Shown here one piece after another: positions 9,742 through 19,574 of a DNA stretch of 64,000 bases. This DNA is from a virus. The translations under genes were made by a program, and so were the position numbers. The notes under the pieces were generated by a model that was not told the origin of the DNA, made no database searches, and worked only from the letters and a program-made list of their open reading frames with translations. Positions within the stretch are counted from its first letter, which is position 1, and each line of letters begins with the position of its first letter. The stretch covers positions 1-64,000 of the IMG/VR virus record IMGVR_UViG_3300008267_000011; one strand, written 5' to 3'.

Positions 9742-12675
9742 ATGCTAAACTTCAAATTAGATTTTGAACAAAAATTTGCTCGTGGCTTGGTCGAAGGAGG
9801 CTATGCCACCCCTGCCGAGTTTGCTCAAGCTGTTACAAGGTTTTACATGACGACCATAGTCAAAGGTACCCCTGCAGGCATACCACCAACACTACCAGTA
9901 GGATACGTACCATTCAATCCAGCTCCCATAGGACCAGCCTCCCCTGTACCGTACCGCAATCGCGAAAAGATATTCTACAACACTATTAAGACGTATTACA
10001 CAATCAAGGATCTTAATAACACAAAAAGCTTTATAGCATTTGCAACTAGAGATATTCAAAATGCTGTTAAGACATCAATAAGGCTTAAGCAGGAGATTGA
10101 GGAGAAAATAAAACGCATTTCTGAAATTGATGACGAAGTTAAACAGCTTAAGGAGGATTTAAAGTCTATAGGACCTGAGATTAGAGATTATTTTAATGAG
10201 AAAAAAAATACCTTCCTTAAACTAGCAAAAAGCGTAGAAGAGCTAGTTAGTCGGTTAGACGAGCTCCCACTCCAAGAAGCTGCCCAAGGTGGAGCAGGTA
10301 AGTTCTTTGCAGAAGAAATTGCAATTTTCAATACAATTAAAAACTTCAAGATTGACATTAGTAATATAAAAGAGGCTGTGTTACTGGTCAATAATACACT
10401 AAAGCAGGCCACAGCCAAACAAAGAAAGTACGAAAACGACTTCAGCACCCAAGCAAACATAAGAGTGTTTTTTTGGAAACGTCTGCAAGCATTTCTAACC
10501 GAGGTCGCTAAGATAATCGGAACGGTAATAAATCCGGCTGATTCTATTGGATACCTCAAAGAATTACTATACGTACCAAAAGCTCAGAAATTCGCTAGAA
10601 TAATGATACGCATCATTAACAGAAACGCACAACTAAAGTATCAAAAAGACACCTTAATGCGATCAATTGATAGAATTAAGCAGGAGATAGAGGAGCAGGT
10701 TAAAAAGCGTATAGATGGAATGAATGCTGCAATACAAGAAAAGGTGAAGAAGTTATCAGGCATTCAGCGAAAAGGTGGACAAAAGAAAGCAAAGCGAGAC
10801 TCAATGAAACGTCTTAAAGAGGAGTTGAAGATTGTAGCACAGGATGTAAAATTTGCAATTAAAGTAGTTGGATATTTTACAAAATTACTAAACACGGTAG
10901 TGACGATAACTACAAAAATCACATTACTGATTGACGAATTTAAGGAGTATTGGAACACGACAATTAAGCAAGATATCCTACAAAGAGCAAAAGACGGTAT
11001 ACAAGCAATAAAGGATCAAATAAACCAAAGCCCTGAGCAAGGTATAGATGTTAATTTAATATTTAAGCAGTTTAAAATAACAAACAATGTAATAAAAACT
11101 GCACTAGATAAAATACTACAAAGTGTAAAATTAACAAGCCCTCAAATACTGGCAAAAGTCAAACAACCGGTAGACAAGTTCGAGCAGCTATTAAAAGCAA
11201 TTGAAGAAATCTTGCTACAAGACTTGCCATCGTTAGAGCATAGTGTAAATAATCCTCCTAAAAGAGACGGCTCAACAGCTAGACGATCTAACAAAAAACA
11301 AACCAAACCAGTCAAGCCTAAAAAAGCAAGAAAGGTAACAGCTGCTATGATACTGGACAAATTCACCTATGCTTTCAATTGGCTAGGTGAGCTTATTGAG
11401 CGTCTGAGGAAGGACTATGTTGAGAAGTATAAGAATGAAGCTATAAGTAAATTAAAGAAGCTCCAAAAGGACGTAACAGACTACATAGCTGAAATTACAA
11501 ACTTCAATCCAACACAAAAAAAGATACAATCTAAAAAACGAGAAGTTGATCAAGAAAGAGTTGAGTTGGAGGATGAGAAGATCAAAGCGCAGCTTATAGC
11601 GAAGTCAGCCGTTTTGTTTGCAAAGATGATCCAAGCTGGATTAAAGATTACTAACAGGCTTGCTCCTACAGATGGATCAACGAGACAACTTAGCATATCA
11701 GCAAACGAACGTGACCTTCTTGACTTTTTTAAGTACTTCAACCAGTGGGAAATATTGACAAAACGCAAAACAGAGCAGCAAGTCGCAGAATCAACGTTAC
11801 ACCTAAAACGTAAAATAAAGGATTTTAAGGTGTATGAGCAAATTTTTGAATTCTTTAAGGAAATGGTAGTAGAGATGAAGGAAGTAAGGGAAGATGGAAA
11901 GACCTTTAAGGATTACATAAATGAAAGGCTAGATTTACTGCAACAAAGAGCTCTCGATTCTGCGACATCGGATATTAAGGATAGGATTGACCAAATTAAA
12001 GGATTCTTTACAACTCCACCAAAAACAATAACTGATTTTGCAAACTTACCACTGGGTATATTTGACATAATAGACTTTAACACAGACCTCTTCTTAGGAG
12101 AAAATCGCTTTCTCAGAAAGACCAGGTCAAAAATTAAAAATCTACAAGACGAAATACCTGCGGATACTCAAGATAGCGTTTTGTTATTCTTCAGAGAGCA
12201 GTTAGGAAAGGGTGTTAGTGTTGTTGGAGAGATGATCAAGCTCTTCAAAAGAGGAGTAGACAAGCTTATTGCCTTCATTAAGCAAACGATAATAGACCCA
12301 GCACTAAAAACAGTTGGCACCTTTATTGAGGAAAGAAAGGTTAGGTTAAAAAACCAACAGCAGGAAAAAGCTAGACGTAAATTAGACGCAGAAGCACGTC
12401 GCAAGATTGACGCAGCCGCTGCTTCTTTTGTATTTGGACTCGCATCGCGATTGTTTTGGACTGGTCTTACCTGGAAAAACCCAGTTGATACAACCTTTAC
12501 GGTACTTAACATAGGACCCTTTAAACCAATTGATCCTAATGAGTACACTACAGCAGCTGGAATTGCCGAGCAAATGTCTAAGGGATTTGAAGGGCAGGTA
12601 CAATTAATGACCGGATTGTGCACTCCAAATCCATCTTTAGCAATTCCTCCGTTTCCATTTCAAGGATATATCTAA
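9742..12675 (+). CDS. Very long basic coiled-coil protein (tape-measure- or ejection-like)
   Basis: 977 aa, K/E/I/L-rich helical core between Pro-rich terminal segments. Confidence 0.55.
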   Translation: MLNFKLDFEQKFARGLVEGGYATPAEFAQAVTRFYMTTIVKGTPAGIPPTLPVGYVPFNPAPIGPASPVPYRNREKIFYNTIKTYYTIKDLNNTKSFIAFATRDIQNAVKTSIRLKQEIEEKIKRISEIDDEVKQLKEDLKSIGPEIRDYFNEKKNTFLKLAKSVEELVSRLDELPLQEAAQGGAGKFFAEEIAIFNTIKNFKIDISNIKEAVLLVNNTLKQATAKQRKYENDFSTQANIRVFFWKRLQAFLTEVAKIIGTVINPADSIGYLKELLYVPKAQKFARIMIRIINRNAQLKYQKDTLMRSIDRIKQEIEEQVKKRIDGMNAAIQEKVKKLSGIQRKGGQKKAKRDSMKRLKEELKIVAQDVKFAIKVVGYFTKLLNTVVTITTKITLLIDEFKEYWNTTIKQDILQRAKDGIQAIKDQINQSPEQGIDVNLIFKQFKITNNVIKTALDKILQSVKLTSPQILAKVKQPVDKFEQLLKAIEEILLQDLPSLEHSVNNPPKRDGSTARRSNKKQTKPVKPKKARKVTAAMILDKFTYAFNWLGELIERLRKDYVEKYKNEAISKLKKLQKDVTDYIAEITNFNPTQKKIQSKKREVDQERVELEDEKIKAQLIAKSAVLFAKMIQAGLKITNRLAPTDGSTRQLSISANERDLLDFFKYFNQWEILTKRKTEQQVAESTLHLKRKIKDFKVYEQIFEFFKEMVVEMKEVREDGKTFKDYINERLDLLQQRALDSATSDIKDRIDQIKGFFTTPPKTITDFANLPLGIFDIIDFNTDLFLGENRFLRKTRSKIKNLQDEIPADTQDSVLLFFREQLGKGVSVVGEMIKLFKRGVDKLIAFIKQTIIDPALKTVGTFIEERKVRLKNQQQEKARRKLDAEARRKIDAAAASFVFGLASRLFWTGLTWKNPVDTTFTVLNIGPFKPIDPNEYTTAAGIAEQMSKGFEGQVQLMTGLCTPNPSLAIPPFPFQGYI

Positions 12676-12683
12676 AGTGCGTA

Positions 12684-12690
12684 TATTTAT
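12684..12690 (+). promoter_or_regulatory. Putative late promoter TATTTAT
   Basis: Intergenic, 14 nt before ATG 12705. Confidence 0.7.
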
Positions 12691-12704
12691 GTAAAACGTA
12701 TATT

Positions 12705-13091
12705 ATGAAATTGAGTCAGTTTAAATCGATGCTGCGTGAACTTATTCGAGAAGAAGTACAAACAGCAGTACGTACTGAGATGAAAAAACTTAACGAAGGA
12801 AGAGTGCCTGCTAAAGCAAGTCAAGCAACTTCAAGACCACCACTCTATCCTCAACAAAGAACAACTCCTTTGGTAACCTTAGATGAACCTTTTACTAATG
12901 TAGGAGGTGCTCTAGGAGATTTGCTTAATGAAACAGCAATGAATATGCAAGGATTTGGAGAAGAGATTTCTGAAGAGCCAAATCCTGATTTTATGGGAGT
13001 GAGTGGCGCATCAACAAACGCCTTTGTAAAAGACTACTCTGCACTGTTGAAGAGATCGGAAGAACTGAGCACTGGCAACTTTAGACCCTAA
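12705..13091 (+). CDS. Hypothetical virion protein with LIREE leader
   Basis: Start revised to ATG 12705 (MKLSQFKSMLRELIREE), which removes the overlap and follows the motif. Confidence 0.7.
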   Translation: MKLSQFKSMLRELIREEVQTAVRTEMKKLNEGRVPAKASQATSRPPLYPQQRTTPLVTLDEPFTNVGGALGDLLNETAMNMQGFGEEISEEPNPDFMGVSGASTNAFVKDYSALLKRSEELSTGNFRP

Positions 13092-13510
13092 TGGCGTATA
13101 TAATACAAGTAAACCCTGTTGATCTAGAGACTAACGTAGCACTTGGTCTCGATCTTCCTATGAACGATAGCCATGGTGCTAGGTTTAAACAGAATTACTT
13201 ATCGATTGATCAAGCAGTAGCTAACGCAAAGAACCTACTAAAGACTGAGCCAGGAGAGAGAGCAATGTTGCCTCAATTTGGATGTGGATTAAGAAAAACC
13301 TTATTCGAACAACTAACTGATCAATCTATTGAAGTTTTACGAGATCGTATACAACAAAACTTTGCAACTTTTTTACCTTACATATTTATACATGAGCTTA
13401 ACATCACACCTAAACCGGACGAAAACAAACTGCTTGTGCAGTTGACAATAAGCCTTAGTGAATTAGGATTGGATCGTAGAGCGATACTAATTGAAACTAC
13501 AAATGGCTAA
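13091..13510 (+). CDS. gp25: Baseplate wedge subunit, gp25-like
   Basis: NAKNLLKTEPGERAMLPQFGCGL motif. Confidence 0.9.
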   Translation: MAYIIQVNPVDLETNVALGLDLPMNDSHGARFKQNYLSIDQAVANAKNLLKTEPGERAMLPQFGCGLRKTLFEQLTDQSIEVLRDRIQQNFATFLPYIFIHELNITPKPDENKLLVQLTISLSELGLDRRAILIETTNG

Positions 13511-15401
13511 ACTCATAAACAAACAAACAGATATTAAGTATGTAGGTAGAGACTTCGACTCCTTTAAGCAGGGGTTAATTGAATTTGCAAAAGCATACTA
13601 TCCTGATACGTACACAGACTTCAACGAAGCCTCACCAGGAAGCTTGTTTGTAGATTTAGCAGCGTATGTAGGAGATGTAATGTCGTATTACACCGACTAT
13701 AATTTTAGAGAAAACTTTCTACAGTACGCTCAAGAGAAGCGTAACTTGTTAGCAATGGCAGGAGCTTTTGGCTACATACCTAAGTTATCGGTACCATCAA
13801 TAGTAGCCCTGGATGTATTTCAGTTGCTACCTCCAACAGGAACAGGAACGAACACAGCACCAGACCTTTCTTACGGGTTAAAAATTAAAGAAGGTATGGA
13901 AGTACGTGCCGATCAGCTAGGGGTAAATTTTTTAACAACAACCAACCTCGACTTTACAATTGATACCAAAGAATCTCCAACCGAGATATCAGTGTACAGC
14001 TACGATGCCGGTACTGGAGCTATCAACTATTACTTAGCAAAGAAGACCGTCAAGGCTATTAGCGCTAGAACAAAAACACAAACTTTTACAATAGATAGTT
14101 CAACGAGATTCTTAAAATTAGCAGTAGAGGACGCTACAGATCCTATTATAGGAATACAAAGCATCACAGACGCAGATGGGAATCTCTGGACACAGGTACC
14201 ATATCTTGCACAGGATACTATCTTTGAGCGAGTAGAAAACACCACATTCAACGACCCAGAATCAGCAACGTACAGCTCAGAAACACCATGGTTATTAAAG
14301 TTAAAAAAGGTGCCACGTAGGTATGTTGTGCGTGTAACTGAAGATGGACTAGAGGTACAATTTGGAGCAGGCACGTCATCAAACCCTGACGAGGAGCTAC
14401 TAGCAACCCCGGAACAGATAGGATTGATCCTACCAAACGGAAAAGAGGATTTGGACTATAGCTTAGACCCTTCCAATCCGCTGATCACAAGCACATACGG
14501 ACTTGTGCCGTCAAATACAACGTTAACAGTGACCTACCTAGTAGGAGGAGGTACGCAAGCTAATGTACCATCTAATAGCATCACCACGGTAATATCCACA
14601 GATACCACAGAAACGTCGTTACCGCTTACAACACCAACTCTAAACAATGCAATACTACAGAGCATTGCAATCAACAATCCTGAAGCAGCAAGCGGTGGGC
14701 GTAACGAAGAGACCGTAGAGGAGATTAGACAAAACACACTAGCACAATTTGCATCGCAAAATAGAGCTGTAACACGAGAGGATTACATCATGCGTGTATA
14801 CAGCATGCCATCCACATACGGCTCAGCTGCAAAGGCATTCATAATGCCAGACGAACAACAAAACATTGGAACAAGTGAAGTTTTAGATACAGTAGCCAAT
14901 CCATTAGCTTTGAATTTATATCTATTAGGATACGATTCAAACAAAAATTGCACAACTCTTAATAGAGCAGTAAAGGAGAATGTAAAGACGTACCTAAGTC
15001 AATATAAAATGTTAACTGACAGCATCAACATTAGAGATGCGTATGTAATAAACATAGGAATCAAGTTTGACATTATTCCGTTGCCTAACTTCAATGCAAA
15101 TGAGGTGTTGTTAAACGCTATAGCCGTGGTTAAAAGGTATTTCGATATTGATAGATGGCAAATCTCACAACCAATAGTAATTAGCGATTTATACAACGAA
15201 TTATTTAATGTGGATGGAGTGCAAAGCGTTTCCTCTTTAAGGATTGTTAATCTAGACGATGAGTCATTAGGTTATAGTGGAATCGTCTACGACATAAACG
15301 CAGCAACTAGAAACGGCATAATATACCCAAGCTTGGATCCGTCTATATTTGAAGTTAAATTCCCAAACACCGATATACAAGGTCGTATAACAAACTACTA
15401 A
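13503..15401 (+). CDS. gp6: Baseplate wedge subunit, gp6/baseplate J-like
   Basis: DFDSFKQGL, DFNEASPG, SGGRNEETVEEIR and QNRAVTREDY; ATG at 13503. Confidence 0.9.
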   Translation: MAKLINKQTDIKYVGRDFDSFKQGLIEFAKAYYPDTYTDFNEASPGSLFVDLAAYVGDVMSYYTDYNFRENFLQYAQEKRNLLAMAGAFGYIPKLSVPSIVALDVFQLLPPTGTGTNTAPDLSYGLKIKEGMEVRADQLGVNFLTTTNLDFTIDTKESPTEISVYSYDAGTGAINYYLAKKTVKAISARTKTQTFTIDSSTRFLKLAVEDATDPIIGIQSITDADGNLWTQVPYLAQDTIFERVENTTFNDPESATYSSETPWLLKLKKVPRRYVVRVTEDGLEVQFGAGTSSNPDEELLATPEQIGLILPNGKEDLDYSLDPSNPLITSTYGLVPSNTTLTVTYLVGGGTQANVPSNSITTVISTDTTETSLPLTTPTLNNAILQSIAINNPEAASGGRNEETVEEIRQNTLAQFASQNRAVTREDYIMRVYSMPSTYGSAAKAFIMPDEQQNIGTSEVLDTVANPLALNLYLLGYDSNKNCTTLNRAVKENVKTYLSQYKMLTDSINIRDAYVINIGIKFDIIPLPNFNANEVLLNAIAVVKRYFDIDRWQISQPIVISDLYNELFNVDGVQSVSSLRIVNLDDESLGYSGIVYDINAATRNGIIYPSLDPSIFEVKFPNTDIQGRITNY

Positions 15402-15402
15402 G

Positions 15403-16479
15403 ATGATCAAGTCAATATACAATATAAGCGACGCTACAATTTACGAAAGGTACAGCAAACTAAATACTGGACTTGATCAGGTAATAGAGCTACAGAAAAC
15501 GGAGGTAGACAGTCAGCAATATAATTCACGAATTGTATTAAAGTTTAATACAACCGAATTATCGTCATCTGTAGCTGGAGCGACTAATCCAAAGTTTTTC
15601 CTAAAGCTCTACACAACTGAACCATTAGAGATACCAGTAGATTATACCATATATGCCTATCCGATTTCACAAAGTTGGAATATGGGAACCGGAAGATACG
15701 GCAGCTTACCAACTGGAAGTGATGGAGTTACTTGGGTATACAGAAATAACACAACTGACACAGGATCAGCATGGACAACATCCAGCTTTGCAGCAACAAC
15801 AACTGGTAGCTGGGTAAACAATCCAGGAGGAGGTACATGGTATACATCCTCAACAGCATCACAAAGCTTTAGCTATGAAACTGCTGATGTATACATGGAT
15901 ATCACCAACATAGCATTAGCTTGGATCAGCGGTACAATCAACAACGATGGTCTCATTGTAAAGAAGAGCGATCAAGATGAGTCAAGCAGTAACGTGTTCA
16001 GCAGCCTACGTTTCTTTAGCAAAGATACGCATACGATATACCAACCGCGAATAGAGGTTAAGTACGACGATGCAATCTATCACACATCACATTCCGTAGT
16101 AGATTTTACAGACGAAGCAGTTGTAAACATAACAAACCTTCAATCTCAATACGCTAGCGGAAGTATTGTTAGAATAAACCTATCAGCTAGGCCAAAGTAT
16201 CCAACTAGAACATTTGCAACAAGCAGTAACTACCTAACAACCTATCAACTTCCATCATCAAGCTACTATAGCTTAGTAGATGCGCATACAAACGAAGCTG
16301 TAATGGACTTTGATTCAACCTACACAAAAGTAAGTGCTGATTCTAATGGAAGTTATTTCAAGATAAGTTTAGATCAACTACATGCCGATCGTTACTACAA
16401 AGTATTAATTAAGACGCAAACACAAAATCAAGAGACCTATATTTATGATAAGAACTGGATCTTTAAGGTCCTTAAATAG
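15403..16479 (+). CDS. Baseplate-associated DNRLRE/CBM96-like protein
   Basis: DATIYE..NTG, SRIVLKF, LKLY, SW, VTW, DIT..W, NDG, FFSKD and PRIEV pattern. Confidence 0.65.
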   Translation: MIKSIYNISDATIYERYSKLNTGLDQVIELQKTEVDSQQYNSRIVLKFNTTELSSSVAGATNPKFFLKLYTTEPLEIPVDYTIYAYPISQSWNMGTGRYGSLPTGSDGVTWVYRNNTTDTGSAWTTSSFAATTTGSWVNNPGGGTWYTSSTASQSFSYETADVYMDITNIALAWISGTINNDGLIVKKSDQDESSSNVFSSLRFFSKDTHTIYQPRIEVKYDDAIYHTSHSVVDFTDEAVVNITNLQSQYASGSIVRINLSARPKYPTRTFATSSNYLTTYQLPSSSYYSLVDAHTNEAVMDFDSTYTKVSADSNGSYFKISLDQLHADRYYKVLIKTQTQNQETYIYDKNWIFKVLK

Positions 16480-16484
16480 CATAT

Positions 16485-19400
16485 ATGGTCGACCCAACTG
16501 TTTACAGATACCTCAAGGACGCAACATCCCAGACTCCAGCAACAAAGCTGGTTGTAGACTTACAAGATGGGGTTAGTACTACAATGTCCGGTAGCATTAC
16601 TAGCGCTTTAGTTGAACGCTCAACGTTTGATGAAAACTTAACGCAGTATGCTTTGTATCCGTATGAGCTTAATCTACCGCCAATAATAGTAGACCCAATA
16701 TTAGAAGCTAGCGAACCTAAAATATACAACTCTGTTAACTGGGTAGATGGCCAAAAAGCCCTATATCAAAATGACGACGGAGCTGTGATAGTAGCAAAAG
16801 GGACAGCAATAGTACTAAGAGTAAATGCTCAACAACCAGATACACTTAACGTAGAAAATGGCATTCCAACAACCCTACAAGACAGTGAGAGGTTAAATTA
16901 TACATGGACTTTCAATGGAGTTGAGATACCTACAGACGTTGATGAAGGTATTGACGGACTGGTAGTTGATGGCAATGCATTGACGATTGAGAGCCTACGA
17001 CCTACTTTAGCAGGCACATATGTATGTGCAATTGCAAACGACTCTGGTGTAACTTCTACCAATCCAATATTACTACAAGTATTTGATCCATACTCGCAAC
17101 AAACAGATTTTTTTCGTAAAAATATAGTTGTAAACCCAACGCTCACAGACGGAACCAGCGGATGGACTAATGCAATTGGTGAAATTCTAAAAAGACCACT
17201 AATCACCCCGCAAACTCCAAAAGATTTACAACACATAATTGACCTAAAGAAGATAACAAACATCAGTAACACAGGATTTGCCCCAGAAATGTTTGAGCCT
17301 CAAATCGATACGGTGGATTATGTGGGAATCGATAGGCTAGATGATGGGACTCCGTATACCCTTGAGCCATTGCGTACTGGACAAGGAGGTTACGTAACTC
17401 GCAACTATCTCACCTACGGTGCAGCTGACGGAAAAAAAGTTGTAGTAGCATATCAAGATTTAGACCTATCAACAATACAAGATCACATTGCAGGAAAGAT
17501 TTGGGGCATTGACGGTGTAAAGGCGTACTTTGCGTGCTATCTAGGCAACAGCGTATCAAGCACAATACCAACAGAAGATGTACTGACTACCGAAGAACGT
17601 GGTAATAGTGGCAACTACTACACAGGAGCTCCTAGACTAACGCTAGAAAACATGTTGTTATCAGGTCTTCCTTTTGTAGATGAAACACTCACCGTATATA
17701 TTCAAGAGTATTACGACAATGAGCTATTAGCTAGTACAATTTACGATCCACGAACAGGGCAAAAAACACAAACAACTTCAGCAAACGTCGTAGACCCAAT
17801 AACCGAGGTAGTAAGGAATCTCGATACACAACCCGCAGCTACAGCAGATGGATTTGTAGTAGCATCAGCACAGGACCCTGTTGCTAAGATAGCAAAGACG
17901 TTCAAACAACTTTACGGTAATGAGAGTAGGTATTACACCAACGGTCAAGTTGTTAAGCAACGTGAGTTGGTATTCGATAAGCTTAACTCTCGTACAAACA
18001 AAGTGCGTATTAGTTTGAAATTTGAGCTCAACACAATTAGATTTGAAGAGACGGAACAAACAGCAATTGACTCAAGTCGTCTATTGGAGATGGTATCGTA
18101 TGAGAGGGTGTATAAGAAAGGGTTAATTGAGAGAGGGGATTATGCATTAGCTAAAATTAGAACCAAAAGTGGGTATGATGCAAATACAACAATAACTAAG
18201 GCTTTTTTAGACGCAAGTCTGTCTAGAGTAATGGCGACTGCTTTTACTTTTGTTACAAATCCAATTGTATCAAATGATGGCTTAACAAAGGGAAATAGCC
18301 TTTTTGCAAACAACATTAAGAGAGTGCGTCAGCAGATGGACTATGACACAAGAGCAACACTCCTAGGCTCAATATTTCAGTACAACACCAGCTTTTTATC
18401 AAAATACTTAGGTAATACAAAAAAGCCTAGAGCTATTACCTATGAAGCTGCTGTAAACTTATTACCACTAAACCGATCGATCCCATCGTGGGTATCGCCT
18501 ACTGATTGGAGAAATGCTACTCAACAGTGGGAAGCGCAGATAAACGTACTAGAGACAGATTTGACTACAGGTCAGACATCTCCTTCAACAGACAGCTATT
18601 TTACAGCCTTTGAGCAACCTATAGAAAACTTAAATAGCCGCTACTATAATCAACTCAATAGCGACATAACCGTAAGTTTAGCAAATCCATCATCCCAATT
18701 TAAAAGAAAGGGGATTACAAAAACAACACCACAACCCTTAACAATCCGAGATGTCGCAATATCAGACTCTGGCTCCGTAGCTAATTACTTGACAAATGCG
18801 GCAAACAGGCAAGTATCACAAACTACGTTAGATTTAAGAAAGTGGATACAATCCGATTACTACAATCAAATATCAAATACGTTAAATGATAATAGACGGC
18901 TACCACTTGCAAATACACTCAAAGTGACCTTCGACTTACTTCATTGGAAGAGTGGTACCCTAACCAAGATTGCTAGCACTACAAAAACCTTCATGGCTGG
19001 AAAGCAGATTAAGCTGACCTTTGCAGACTTTATACCGGAAAACGCTCAACAGTCATCGTACGAGTTTGCAGCAAAGTCTTTTACTGGTGCACGAAACGTA
19101 TACGTTGTTCCTACAGCAATAGAGCAGGTATTTCAAGTCCCAGTTTGGAACCTGGAAGATCACGAGATAGCTATTCCAAACCTAAAGGATAAGATAATTG
19201 TACTGATTGACGGTAGTGGGCTTAGTGAATACTATAAAGATGCTCTAAAGGACTTTGCAGATGAGATAGATGGCAGTGCGTATGCTGAGGTGGGAACCAT
19301 TCGTACTATGATCAATAAAGTGCAAAACTGGTCCACAGACATAGGAACGACAATTCTTGACGACATCCTACAAAAACTTACAGATCTCAAAAACAACGAA

Positions 19401-19574
19401 GGATATCAACCAGCCCCTCCAGGATATGTGACAGTTCAGGAACCAGGAGACAATATTATAGACTACATCCAAGTCATTGCAAACACACCAGTCACAGGGT
19501 TATTGGATATTGTAAACGATAGTAGCAACGGAGATGTATTTATGTATAACTACAAATTAACAAGTACATTGTGA
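16485..19574 (+). CDS. Virion protein with Ig-like and galactose-binding-like domains
   Basis: YTWTFNG..ALTIESL..AGTYVCAIANDSG, then KNIVVNP..GW. Confidence 0.7.
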   Translation: MVDPTVYRYLKDATSQTPATKLVVDLQDGVSTTMSGSITSALVERSTFDENLTQYALYPYELNLPPIIVDPILEASEPKIYNSVNWVDGQKALYQNDDGAVIVAKGTAIVLRVNAQQPDTLNVENGIPTTLQDSERLNYTWTFNGVEIPTDVDEGIDGLVVDGNALTIESLRPTLAGTYVCAIANDSGVTSTNPILLQVFDPYSQQTDFFRKNIVVNPTLTDGTSGWTNAIGEILKRPLITPQTPKDLQHIIDLKKITNISNTGFAPEMFEPQIDTVDYVGIDRLDDGTPYTLEPLRTGQGGYVTRNYLTYGAADGKKVVVAYQDLDLSTIQDHIAGKIWGIDGVKAYFACYLGNSVSSTIPTEDVLTTEERGNSGNYYTGAPRLTLENMLLSGLPFVDETLTVYIQEYYDNELLASTIYDPRTGQKTQTTSANVVDPITEVVRNLDTQPAATADGFVVASAQDPVAKIAKTFKQLYGNESRYYTNGQVVKQRELVFDKLNSRTNKVRISLKFELNTIRFEETEQTAIDSSRLLEMVSYERVYKKGLIERGDYALAKIRTKSGYDANTTITKAFLDASLSRVMATAFTFVTNPIVSNDGLTKGNSLFANNIKRVRQQMDYDTRATLLGSIFQYNTSFLSKYLGNTKKPRAITYEAAVNLLPLNRSIPSWVSPTDWRNATQQWEAQINVLETDLTTGQTSPSTDSYFTAFEQPIENLNSRYYNQLNSDITVSLANPSSQFKRKGITKTTPQPLTIRDVAISDSGSVANYLTNAANRQVSQTTLDLRKWIQSDYYNQISNTLNDNRRLPLANTLKVTFDLLHWKSGTLTKIASTTKTFMAGKQIKLTFADFIPENAQQSSYEFAAKSFTGARNVYVVPTAIEQVFQVPVWNLEDHEIAIPNLKDKIIVLIDGSGLSEYYKDALKDFADEIDGSAYAEVGTIRTMINKVQNWSTDIGTTILDDILQKLTDLKNNEGYQPAPPGYVTVQEPGDNIIDYIQVIANTPVTGLLDIVNDSSNGDVFMYNYKLTSTL
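19537..19543 (+). promoter_or_regulatory. Putative late promoter TATTTAT (in the 3' end of the upstream gene)
   Basis: 27 nt before GTG 19571; a similar copy at 16440-16446 precedes 16485. Confidence 0.45.

Noticed and set aside
12618-12704. Upstream extension of ORF 12618-13091 (also TTG starts at 2349 and 13491)
   Set aside because: They overlap upstream genes more extensively; downstream ATGs fit the promoter motif and gene packing better
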